Shown: positions 27,664 to 35,497 of the stretch, in pieces
Numbering within the stretch: position 1 is the first letter of the stretch
Layout: every line of letters starts with the position of its first letter
DNA from: an uncultured Planctomycetia bacterium
GTDB taxonomy: Bacteria > Omnitrophota > Gorgyraeia > Gorgyraeales > Gorgyraeaceae
Assembly: GCA_964415355.1 (NCBI GenBank)
Contig: CAYPYS010000001.1
Coordinates: 145,733-209,732 of the forward strand
Reading direction: 5' to 3'
Length of the DNA stretch: 64,000 nt
Program-made: the position numbers and the translations under genes
The notes under the pieces: generated by a model
Databases searched by the model: none
What the model saw: only the letters and a program-made list of their open reading frames with translations
What the model was told of the DNA's origin: nothing

Positions 27664-27700
27664 TAAGTTTACACTTTAACGTTGTTGAAATGTAAAGTTA
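27664..27700. repeat. family 1 copy 19 (R, chimeric B/A)
   Basis: Last 3 nt are the accA stop codon; lies upstream of tRNA-Leu. Confidence 0.9.
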
Positions 27701-28651
27701 GAGAGAACTTCCCATCCTTCTGAATTTTTCGTAACGCTTCTCCGTTAATTTCTCCGGAGAAACTGTTTTTAATTCTTTCAATGCCCGCTTTATGTATTTT
27801 TTAACAGAGCTTGCTGCCTTCTCGGGGTCCCGGTGCGCGCCTCCCAGCGGTTCAGGTATTTCACCGTCGATGATCCCCAGGCCGATAAGATCTTTCGCGG
27901 TAAGCTTCAACACCTCTGAAGCCTCAGGCGCTTTAAGCCTGTCCTTCCACAAAATCGCAGCGCAACCTTCGGGCGATATTACTGAGTAGTAGGCATTTTC
28001 CATGACATACACCCTGTCGCCAATGCCTATACCAAGGGCGCCGCCGCTCCCGCCCTCTCCGATGACTATGACGATGATCGGCACAGTCAGAGAAATCATC
28101 TCTCTCAGATTATAAGCTATGGAATGCGCCTGTCCCCGCTCCTCAGCCCCTATGCCGGGGTATGCGCCGGGCGTATCGACAAACGTGATTATGGGGATTT
28201 CGAATTTCTCGGCAAGCTTCATCAATCTCATTGCCTTGCGATAACCCTCGGGATGAGCGCTCCCAAAATTTCTCATCAGATTCTCTTTCGTGTCCCGGCC
28301 TTTCTGATGCCCCATCACCATGACCTTTTCCCCGTCTATTTTCGCAAGCCCTCCGGCAAGCGCCTTATCGTCCTGGTATAACCTGTCTCCGTGTAACTCG
28401 ATAAAATCAGCCATTATCATGTTTACATAATCGCCGGTATACGGCCTCTTGGGATGTCGCGCGATCTGCACCTTTTGCCACGGCGTAAGGGATTCGAATA
28501 TTTCGCGCTTTAGCTTCTCAAGCCTCGCCTCTAAAGTCTTTATCTCTTCCGAGAGATCGATGCTGCCGTCGTACGCAAGAGACTTCAGCTCAGCAATCTT
28601 AAGCTCTAATTCCAATATTGGTTTTTCAAAATCCAAACCAAGCGTCGCCAT
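27698..28651 (-). CDS. accA: acetyl-CoA carboxylase carboxyltransferase alpha subunit
   Basis: 317 aa; crotonase-fold carboxyltransferase motifs ([19 protein letters not shown]); stop codon is the last 3 nt of repeat copy 19. Confidence 0.85.
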   Translation of the reverse strand: MATLGLDFEKPILELELKIAELKSLAYDGSIDLSEEIKTLEARLEKLKREIFESLTPWQKVQIARHPKRPYTGDYVNMIMADFIELHGDRLYQDDKALAGGLAKIDGEKVMVMGHQKGRDTKENLMRNFGSAHPEGYRKAMRLMKLAEKFEIPIITFVDTPGAYPGIGAEERGQAHSIAYNLREMISLTVPIIVIVIGEGGSGGALGIGIGDRVYVMENAYYSVISPEGCAAILWKDRLKAPEASEVLKLTAKDLIGLGIIDGEIPEPLGGAHRDPEKAASSVKKYIKRALKELKTVSPEKLTEKRYEKFRRMGSSL

Positions 28652-28662
28652 AACCTAATCCT

Positions 28663-29568
28663 CTAATCTATTATCGTAACCTCAGTGCCAACCGCTACGA
28701 TCGCGTAAAGCTCTTCTACGTCATGATTGAGCATCCTAACGCAGCCTCTTGTCGCCTGCGTGCCAACGCTGTCCGGCTTTGTTGTGCCGTGAATACCATA
28801 CCCTGGCTCAGACAATCCAAGCCAGCGTGAACCAAGTATATTATCAGGGCTTTCTGCCGGCACGACTGCGCCCTGCGTATACCAAACAGGGTCCGCGATC
28901 CTGTTGATTATTTTAAACGTGCCGAGAGGCGTTGAATTATTCTCGCCCGTTGAAACCGGATAGACCTTTACGATCTCATTGTCGGCCGCAAGAAGCGTCA
29001 AGCGATTCTGAGATTTATCAACCAATATCTTATATCTCTCTTTTGACACCTTAAGCTTTGAATTCGCCATTATCATATCGCCCTCAAGACCATTAGAGGC
29101 CTTTATCAGCTCAACAGTAGTCCCAAATTTTTTGGCGATCTTCAAAAGCGAATCACCCGGTTCTATTTCATAGAGCACATCGGTGTCCGTAATAATTCGA
29201 GAGAATAATATTTCCATATTTAGCTCGGAAAGTCTTTCCTGCACCTCTAGTATATTGTCTACATTTTGATAATTATTCAATATCAAACTGTACACGTCTC
29301 TCGCCTTGACCAGATCCTTCTTCTCGTATGCCTTTGCCAATTTAAAATAAACCTTGCCAAGCGCTTTCGAATCAGCATTCGCCTCTGCTGATATTGTATC
29401 GATCTTCTCCTTTGCCTCATCCAGCTTGCCATCTGAGATAAAATCTTTGACAGAATTCAACTCTAAATAACCCCCGGCGCCGCCATCCTTCCTTGTGCCG
29501 TATACGACAAATATCAGGACCGTTATCAATGCCAAAACAACGCCTATAGCTATAAACCTATTATTCAT
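28663..29568 (-). CDS. L,D-transpeptidase with LysM domain
   Basis: LysM (YEIEPGDSLLKIAKKFG) and a YkuD catalytic domain with H...C (GIHGT...TRGCVRM); N-terminal TM helix. Confidence 0.75.
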   Translation of the reverse strand: MNNRFIAIGVVLALITVLIFVVYGTRKDGGAGGYLELNSVKDFISDGKLDEAKEKIDTISAEANADSKALGKVYFKLAKAYEKKDLVKARDVYSLILNNYQNVDNILEVQERLSELNMEILFSRIITDTDVLYEIEPGDSLLKIAKKFGTTVELIKASNGLEGDMIMANSKLKVSKERYKILVDKSQNRLTLLAADNEIVKVYPVSTGENNSTPLGTFKIINRIADPVWYTQGAVVPAESPDNILGSRWLGLSEPGYGIHGTTKPDSVGTQATRGCVRMLNHDVEELYAIVAVGTEVTIID

Positions 29569-29576
29569 GAATCCTC

Positions 29577-30023
29577 CTATCTATAACAAATAAGGGCAAC
29601 GATGATCCCCAGGGCAGAGCCTATTATCACCTGTATAGGCGTATGGCCTAGCAACTGTATCAGGCGCTCCTGGTTTATGCCTCTGTTTAAATAAATATCC
29701 TCTATCATCTTGTTCAATATCTCTGCCTGCTGGCCGCTCTGTCTTCTCACTCCTTGAGCGTCTAACATTATTATAAACGCGAAGAAAAAGGTAATTGCAA
29801 AAAACGGCGAGGCAAATCCATACGTAAGGCCGACAGCTGTAGCGAGGGCCGAGACAGTGGCAGCGTGCGAAGAGGGCATGCCGCCTGTTCCGACAAACCA
29901 TCTGAAGTTAAACCTCTTCTCGCGTATAACGCCAATAGCCACCTTTATGGTCTGAGCCAAAAGCCAGGCCATAAATACAGTTATAAACATCTGATTTCTC
30001 GCGATACTGAAAGAAAAGCCCAT
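29577..30023 (-). CDS. divergent PAP2 (DUF212) family membrane protein
   Basis: 148 aa with a GGMPSSHAA motif typical of acid-phosphatase/vanadium-haloperoxidase-related membrane proteins. Confidence 0.6.
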   Translation of the reverse strand: MGFSFSIARNQMFITVFMAWLLAQTIKVAIGVIREKRFNFRWFVGTGGMPSSHAATVSALATAVGLTYGFASPFFAITFFFAFIIMLDAQGVRRQSGQQAEILNKMIEDIYLNRGINQERLIQLLGHTPIQVIIGSALGIIVALICYR

Positions 30024-30026
30024 AAT

Positions 30027-30054
30027 AGCTATATATTATATATAATATATAGCT
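30027..30054. promoter_or_regulatory. 28-bp perfect AT-rich palindrome immediately upstream of the PAP2-like gene start
   Basis: AGCTATATATTATATATAATATATAGCT; contains TATAAT-like hexamers; 4 nt from the ATG. Confidence 0.4.
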
Positions 30055-30090
30055 CCTATGGCAAGGAAAAGTTTAAATCTCAAAAAGAAA

Positions 30091-30118
30091 TGCAGGGGAG
30101 CCTTAAGGTTCCCCTGCA
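30091..30118. repeat. GC-rich REP family 2 copy a (28-bp palindrome with one G/T mismatch)
   Basis: TGCAGGGGAGCCTTAAGGTTCCCCTGCA, followed by GCGGATAAGTTAT, which is shared with copy c. Confidence 0.8.
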
Positions 30119-30152
30119 GTGCGGATAAGTTATAAAGCAAAAATGAAGTTAT

Positions 30153-30989
30153 TTAGAATTTTAGGGTGCCGCCGAGGGTAAGGGCAGTCTCGTTTATAAG
30201 ACGCAGTTCCAGATTAAGAAGATAATGGCTTAAATAGAAAGGCATGACATCGCAGCCCAAGACAAAACCGAATACATTTTCATCGCTCGCGTCATATGTG
30301 GAATAAAGCAAGCCGTTGGTTGCATCTGTAAAGTTCACATCCGCTTCAAGAGAAGAATATGTCAATCCGGTATATGGCACAACATAAAAATCGCTTGCCC
30401 CTATTGGTTTGATATATTTTTTGCTCAGCAATAAACTTGTCTGCCAATCTTTTATATCAAAATTATCGCTATTAGTACCAGCCGTAGAACCGCCAATAGT
30501 TGCCTTCTCAAAATCCAAAGTAATATTTCTGTATTGGAAATCAAGGGTTAATTTGGTGCCATAATCATTACCCCACACCTTTGCCTTTACACCTGCTCCC
30601 CATACAAAACCAGGATCAGTCTCTACTTCAATAGACTCGCCATGCTGGGTCCAATTTACTCTAAGATTAGACGTTCCCACTTTAATATAAGGCTCAATAA
30701 CATCATGGAAGCTGCTGGAGAACTTGACCATAAAATTATGGCCTTCTATCTCTGCTTCTGTAGTATCTGCGGGCGCTGACGTAAGCTCCCTCTTAAAAAT
30801 AATGTCTGCATCCACGCTGGCCTTTATATTCATGTTGTATTCCAGCCTGTCGAGCGCCTTTTTTATAGCCTGGTCTTTTAAAAACTTGGATTCCTCGGGT
30901 ACGGTCATGTCAGGCCCCCCGACACTCATTGCCAGGCACGGCGTAGCAAGACTCAATATAAATAAAATGACTACTATTAATTTTTTCAT
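30153..30989 (-). CDS. putative outer-membrane beta-barrel protein (paralog A)
   Basis: Signal peptide, alternating beta-strand pattern, C-terminal LTLGGTLKF with terminal Phe; paralogous to the next gene. Confidence 0.55.
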   Translation of the reverse strand: MKKLIVVILFILSLATPCLAMSVGGPDMTVPEESKFLKDQAIKKALDRLEYNMNIKASVDADIIFKRELTSAPADTTEAEIEGHNFMVKFSSSFHDVIEPYIKVGTSNLRVNWTQHGESIEVETDPGFVWGAGVKAKVWGNDYGTKLTLDFQYRNITLDFEKATIGGSTAGTNSDNFDIKDWQTSLLLSKKYIKPIGASDFYVVPYTGLTYSSLEADVNFTDATNGLLYSTYDASDENVFGFVLGCDVMPFYLSHYLLNLELRLINETALTLGGTLKF

Positions 30990-31007
30990 TATAATTCCCT
31001 TCTGTAT

Positions 31008-31865
31008 TTAAAACTTCAAAGTGCCGCCCAGAGTCAAAGCAAGCTCGTTAATAAGCCTGATCTCCATGCTGTAAATAAAAGAACTGCTCGAACTTGGCGA
31101 TATATCGCATCCTATAAGAAAACCATATCTATTTTTATTGTTCGCGTCATAAAGAGAATAATCCGTGCCAGGATTATTCGGGTCTGTAAATTTTATATCC
31201 ACCTTGGAATCAGAAAAAGTAAATCCAGTATAAGGGACTATATAGATATCCTGCCATTGCAAAGGAAGTATATATTTTTTGCTTAATACAAGTGATGCCT
31301 GCCATTCTTCTATGTTAAAATCAGCTCCTGAGTCGGTTATTGACGTTCCGTCTCTATCGATCTCTTCGGCATCTGGCTCTGTATTTATAAATTGCCAATC
31401 GCCTGTCAGGCGAATCCCAAGACTGCTCCATTCCCATATTGTTCCCTTGACGCCGAATCCCCACGCCAAACCATCGTCGGCTTCCACTTTTATTTTGGAT
31501 ATGCCGCTCTGCATCCATTCTGATTCTAGATTAGAGACACCTACTTTAATAAAAGGTTCTATTCTATTGAAGACAGTAATCCCTAATTTTGCCATATAAT
31601 AAGTCCCGCTAATTTCAGCTTTGCTAATTTCAGAAGAACTATCAAGATCTTTATCGAAAACAAACTCAAGATCCAAGCCGGCCTTGATCTTGATTACCTG
31701 CTCAGCCTCATCCAATGCCCCTTCTATAATCTCTTGTCGCAAAGCTGCTGATCTATTGGGTAAATCCAGATCAAGCGGATTACCCACAGTAGCTGCCAGA
31801 GCCAAGCTACAGTAGCCAAATAAGATAAGGAAAGATAAAGAAGACAGCCCTACTATCTTTTTCAT
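31008..31865 (-). CDS. putative outer-membrane beta-barrel protein (paralog B)
   Basis: Same architecture and identical C-terminal ALTLGGTLKF; tandem duplicate of 30153..30989. Confidence 0.55.
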   Translation of the reverse strand: MKKIVGLSSLSFLILFGYCSLALAATVGNPLDLDLPNRSAALRQEIIEGALDEAEQVIKIKAGLDLEFVFDKDLDSSSEISKAEISGTYYMAKLGITVFNRIEPFIKVGVSNLESEWMQSGISKIKVEADDGLAWGFGVKGTIWEWSSLGIRLTGDWQFINTEPDAEEIDRDGTSITDSGADFNIEEWQASLVLSKKYILPLQWQDIYIVPYTGFTFSDSKVDIKFTDPNNPGTDYSLYDANNKNRYGFLIGCDISPSSSSSFIYSMEIRLINELALTLGGTLKF

Positions 31866-31959
31866 TAAAAACCTCGGTATTTTATAATAAAATATGATGT
31901 TTTATTATAATTTATTAAGAAGTATACATTACGCTATATAGAATGTCAAGTCCACCCCT

Positions 31960-31996
31960 TAACTTTACACTTCAACAACGTTGAATCTTAAAGTTA
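31960..31996. repeat. family 1 copy 20, degenerate
   Basis: TAACTTTACACTTCAACAACGTTGAATCTTAAAGTTA; several substitutions; in the divergent OMP/yifB promoter region. Confidence 0.6.
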
Positions 31997-32048
31997 AGTG
32001 AAAGAATAGGGCGCCCGGGCATGTCATATTAATAATAGGAGGTGCTAT

Positions 32049-33581
32049 ATGTTGGCAAAGATATTCTCGGCAGCTACAATCGGTATCGAAGCTAGGCAGA
32101 TCGAAATAGAAGTGGACATAGCAAGCGGGCTCCCTGGCATAGTGATTGTAGGTCTTCCTGATATTACGATACGCGAGTCAAGGGACAGGGTAAAAACAGC
32201 CATAAAAAATAGTGGCTTCAACTACCCCTCGCAAAAAATCACAATAAATCTAGCGCCATGCAATATTAAAAAAGCAGGTCCATGTTTTGATCTTCCTATG
32301 GCCGTAGGCATACTTGTTGCCTCAGAGCAGTTGGAATTCGACAATATAAAAGATTTTGTGTTCCTTGGTGAACTTGCGCTAAACGGAAAAATCAGGCCGA
32401 TAAAAGGCGCCCTGCCCATTGCGATGTCACTAAAAAATCTGGACAAGAAACTTATTATACCGGAAAAAAATGCATACGAGGCGAGCATTGTCGAAGACAT
32501 TGAAATATATCCTGCAAAAACCCTGAATAATGTATGTGATTTTCTCAAAGGAATCAATGCGCTCAAACCCATAAGCGTCAATAGAATGGATTTTTTTAGT
32601 AAAGATACCGGATGCGAGCTGGATTTTTCAGACGTAAAAGGTCAGGTCTACGCCAAAAGAGCGATGGAAATAGCAGCGGCGGGCGGGCACAATATAATAA
32701 TGATAGGCCCGCCTGGCAGCGGCAAGACAATGCTAGCAAAAAGACTTCCGACAATAATGCCTGACATGACTTTTGAAGAAGCAATCGAAACCACAAAGAT
32801 CTACAGCGTCGCAGGCCTTATCCCGGCAAAGCATTCTATTGTAAACACAAGGCCTTTCAGGACACCTCACCACACTGCCTCTGATGTCTCGCTCGTAGGC
32901 GGAGGAACCCTTTTAAAACCAGGCGAGGTCAGCCTTGCGCACAACGGCGTCCTATTCATGGACGAACTCCCTGAATTTCACAGAAATGTGTTGGAAGCAC
33001 TACGTCAACCTTTGGAAGACAGTCACGTAACTGTCTCAAGGGCAAGCGGCTCTATAAAATTCCCGTCGAATCTGACGCTTGCGTGCAGCATGAACCCTTG
33101 CCCGTGCGGATTCTTAACTGACCCGAAAAAAGAATGCCATTGCACACCTACGCGTATACAAAAATATCTCTCGAAGATCTCCGGGCCTCTGCTCGACAGA
33201 ATCGATATCCACATAGAAGTCCCTCCTGTCCGCTACAAAGAGCTCTCGGACGAAACTTCTTCCGGTGAGAAATCAGAGAAAATAAAAGAAAGGGTTGAGC
33301 AGGCAAGAAAACTCCAGCTCGCCCGTTTAAAAGAAGAAGGGATCTTCTCAAATTCACAGATGAACTACAAACTAATAAGAAAACATTGTAAGCTTGATGA
33401 CGTATCGCGCGATCTCCTGAAATCAGCCATAACAGAGATGGGCTTTAGCGCCAGGTGCTACGACAAGATCTTAAAAGTCTCCCGCACCATCGCGGACCTA
33501 GAAGAAAAACCCAACATCGAATCCGACCACGTGTCCGAAGCCATCCAATACCGCAGCCTCGACAGAAATCTATGGATCTAA
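32049..33581 (+). CDS. YifB/ComM-family Mg-chelatase-like AAA+ ATPase
   Basis: 510 aa; Lon-like N-terminal domain; Walker A GPPGSGKT; ChlI-type AAA module and C-terminal domain. Confidence 0.8.
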   Translation: MLAKIFSAATIGIEARQIEIEVDIASGLPGIVIVGLPDITIRESRDRVKTAIKNSGFNYPSQKITINLAPCNIKKAGPCFDLPMAVGILVASEQLEFDNIKDFVFLGELALNGKIRPIKGALPIAMSLKNLDKKLIIPEKNAYEASIVEDIEIYPAKTLNNVCDFLKGINALKPISVNRMDFFSKDTGCELDFSDVKGQVYAKRAMEIAAAGGHNIIMIGPPGSGKTMLAKRLPTIMPDMTFEEAIETTKIYSVAGLIPAKHSIVNTRPFRTPHHTASDVSLVGGGTLLKPGEVSLAHNGVLFMDELPEFHRNVLEALRQPLEDSHVTVSRASGSIKFPSNLTLACSMNPCPCGFLTDPKKECHCTPTRIQKYLSKISGPLLDRIDIHIEVPPVRYKELSDETSSGEKSEKIKERVEQARKLQLARLKEEGIFSNSQMNYKLIRKHCKLDDVSRDLLKSAITEMGFSARCYDKILKVSRTIADLEEKPNIESDHVSEAIQYRSLDRNLWI

Positions 33582-33597
33582 AAACTTATCCACAATC

Positions 33598-33623
33598 GTA
33601 GGGGAGCCTTAAGGCTCCCCTAC
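33598..33623. repeat. REP family 2 copy b (26-bp core GTAGGGGAGCCTTAAGGCTCCCCTAC), upstream flank of the RAYT gene
   Basis: Perfect 26-bp palindrome starting with GTAG; left flank AACTTATCCACA matches the arm of copy c. Confidence 0.85.
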
Positions 33624-33633
33624 TCTAAAACTT

Positions 33634-34125
33634 ATGACAAATATAAAAAGATACTATATTGAAAATGCGGCCTATTTTTTAACTACTGTTACGAAAGATA
33701 GAATTAAAATATTCGAAGATATAAAATACTGCAAAATATTACTAGTTACTATTGAATATCTAAAACTTATACTAGACTATAGACTTTATGGCTTCTGCAT
33801 CATGCCTGAACATGTACATCTGATCATACACCCATTTGGAAAGTATAATGTTTCATATATTATGATGCTATTAAAAGGGTCTTTTGCAAGAAAAATAAAT
33901 AAGATGAATGGGAATAAGGGCGATATCTGGCAAAAAACTTTCTACGATGAATGCATAACGGACTCTCGCCAGCTAATTAATAAATTAGAATATATCCATA
34001 ACAATCCGGTAGAAGGGCGCTTAGCGACCTCACCCGAAGAATATCCTTATTCTAGTTACAATCATTATATACAAACTGATTATCCACCAAATACTATTAT
34101 TGAAATAGATATTCCAAATTTATAA
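33634..34125 (+). CDS. REP-associated tyrosine transposase (RAYT, IS200-like HUH)
   Basis: 163 aa; HUH motif PEHVHLII; C-terminal TFYDE...YIHNNPVEGRLA tyrosine region typical of RAYTs; flanked on both sides by GTAG-type REP hairpins. Confidence 0.75.
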   Translation: MTNIKRYYIENAAYFLTTVTKDRIKIFEDIKYCKILLVTIEYLKLILDYRLYGFCIMPEHVHLIIHPFGKYNVSYIMMLLKGSFARKINKMNGNKGDIWQKTFYDECITDSRQLINKLEYIHNNPVEGRLATSPEEYPYSSYNHYIQTDYPPNTIIEIDIPNL

Positions 34126-34185
34126 ACTATCTGAATAACAAATTATCTTACATAACTTATTATCATATAATCTGCCATGATTGTA

Positions 34186-34239
34186 AACTTATCCACATAG
34201 TAGGGGAGCCTTAAGGCTCCCCTACTATGTGGATAAGTT
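34186..34239. repeat. REP family 2 copy c, 54-bp perfect palindrome, downstream flank of the RAYT gene
   Basis: AACTTATCCACATAGTAGGGGAGCCTTAAGGCTCCCCTACTATGTGGATAAGTT equals its own reverse complement. Confidence 0.9.
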
Positions 34240-34262
34240 ATTATTAATAATTAAACACGAAC

Positions 34263-35411
34263 TTAAGATTTTGGGAGATTTAAAATAAAAATACTTCCTC
34301 TGTCACGTGAGGTTTCTACGCGTATGCGGCCTTTGTGAAGCTCTATTATATCCTTTGCTATCGGAAGACCAAGGCCAGTGCCTTCTTTTTTTTCAGCGAC
34401 AACTCTTACAAATTTATCAAAAATCTTGCCAACTTGATCCTTGTCCATCCCAGGTCCGGTATCCTGTATCTCGACCTGGATTTCATCTTGAAGTTCTATT
34501 ATTTTAATAATAACATCTCCCTTATCTGTAAATTTTATCGCGTTGCCTATTAGATTCACAAAGACCTGTGTTAATTTATCCTTGTCTGCATCTATCCTGA
34601 GCTCGCCCCCGGGAAATTCCTTTTTGATCCCTATTTTTTTCTCGTTTGCTGTCTTTTCGAAATCCTTCACAACCTCTCCTGCCAACCTTATTATATCCAG
34701 CGTATCTTTCTTAAGCTCCATCTTTCCTGATTCTATCTTCGAAAGATCCAAAAGATCGTTCACCAGCCGCGCCAGCCTGTTCACCACTCTAAAGACATCG
34801 TTTATTATCTCTTTCTGTTTCGGTTGAACCTCGCCCGCAAAGCCCTTTTCTATATTGTCTAAATTCCCTTTTATTAAAGTAAGCGGAGTCCTTAACTCAT
34901 GCACCACGTTCGCAACAAAGTCTGATTTCATCCTATCCAGCTCTTTAAGTTGCGCGTTTGTCTTCTCAAGCTCATCCTTCTTTAACGCGATCTCTCTCTG
35001 TAGCTTCTGGCGCTCCTGTCTTGCCCTAAACTCTGCTATCGTTTTTCTTATCATCAAAGGCACTGAATCTTCATAACCGTCTCTTTTCGGTACATAATCA
35101 AATGCCCCTTCCTTGATGAGTTGCGCCGCGACAGCTTCATCGCCCTGTCCTGTTATCATAACAATCGGTATCTCCATATTCTTCGACTTGACCTCTCGCA
35201 ATGTTTCCAAGCCACTCTTCTTAGGTAGGTTATAATCCAGCAGAGCTATGTGATAAGTCCCATTTTCTAAAGTCACTATAGCATCTTCCCCGGAAACAAC
35301 GTGGTCTATCTCGTAGTCAAAGTTACCATCGCGCTGAAGTTTCTTTTTTACAATAAGGGCATCCGTAGGGTTGTCTTCTATCAATAACACTCTTAGTTTC
35401 TCTTTTGTCAT
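34263..35411 (-). CDS. hybrid response-regulator / histidine kinase (N-terminal REC, then HisKA and HATPase_c)
   Basis: REC domain with a phospho-acceptor aspartate context (LLDYNLPKKSG); H-box (HELRTPL); G-boxes (DTGPGM, GTGLGL). Confidence 0.7.
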   Translation of the reverse strand: MTKEKLRVLLIEDNPTDALIVKKKLQRDGNFDYEIDHVVSGEDAIVTLENGTYHIALLDYNLPKKSGLETLREVKSKNMEIPIVMITGQGDEAVAAQLIKEGAFDYVPKRDGYEDSVPLMIRKTIAEFRARQERQKLQREIALKKDELEKTNAQLKELDRMKSDFVANVVHELRTPLTLIKGNLDNIEKGFAGEVQPKQKEIINDVFRVVNRLARLVNDLLDLSKIESGKMELKKDTLDIIRLAGEVVKDFEKTANEKKIGIKKEFPGGELRIDADKDKLTQVFVNLIGNAIKFTDKGDVIIKIIELQDEIQVEIQDTGPGMDKDQVGKIFDKFVRVVAEKKEGTGLGLPIAKDIIELHKGRIRVETSRDRGSIFILNLPKS

Positions 35412-35426
35412 AATATTCTCTCTCGC

Positions 35427-35463
35427 TAACTTTACACTTTAACGTTGTTGAAATGTATACTTA
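35427..35463. repeat. family 1 copy 21 (R, chimeric A/C)
   Basis: TAACTTTACACTTTAACGTTGTTGAAATGTATACTTA; between the response-regulator start and the kinase terminator hairpin. Confidence 0.85.
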
Positions 35464-35469
35464 AATTTC

Positions 35470-35489
35470 ATTCCCGCGAAAGCGGGAAT
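35470..35489. terminator. possible terminator hairpin after the sensor kinase gene
   Basis: ATTCCCGC-GAAA-GCGGGAAT perfect 8-bp stem with a GNRA-like loop; only a weak U-tract on the coding strand. Confidence 0.35.
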
Positions 35490-35497
35490 CTATAAAA

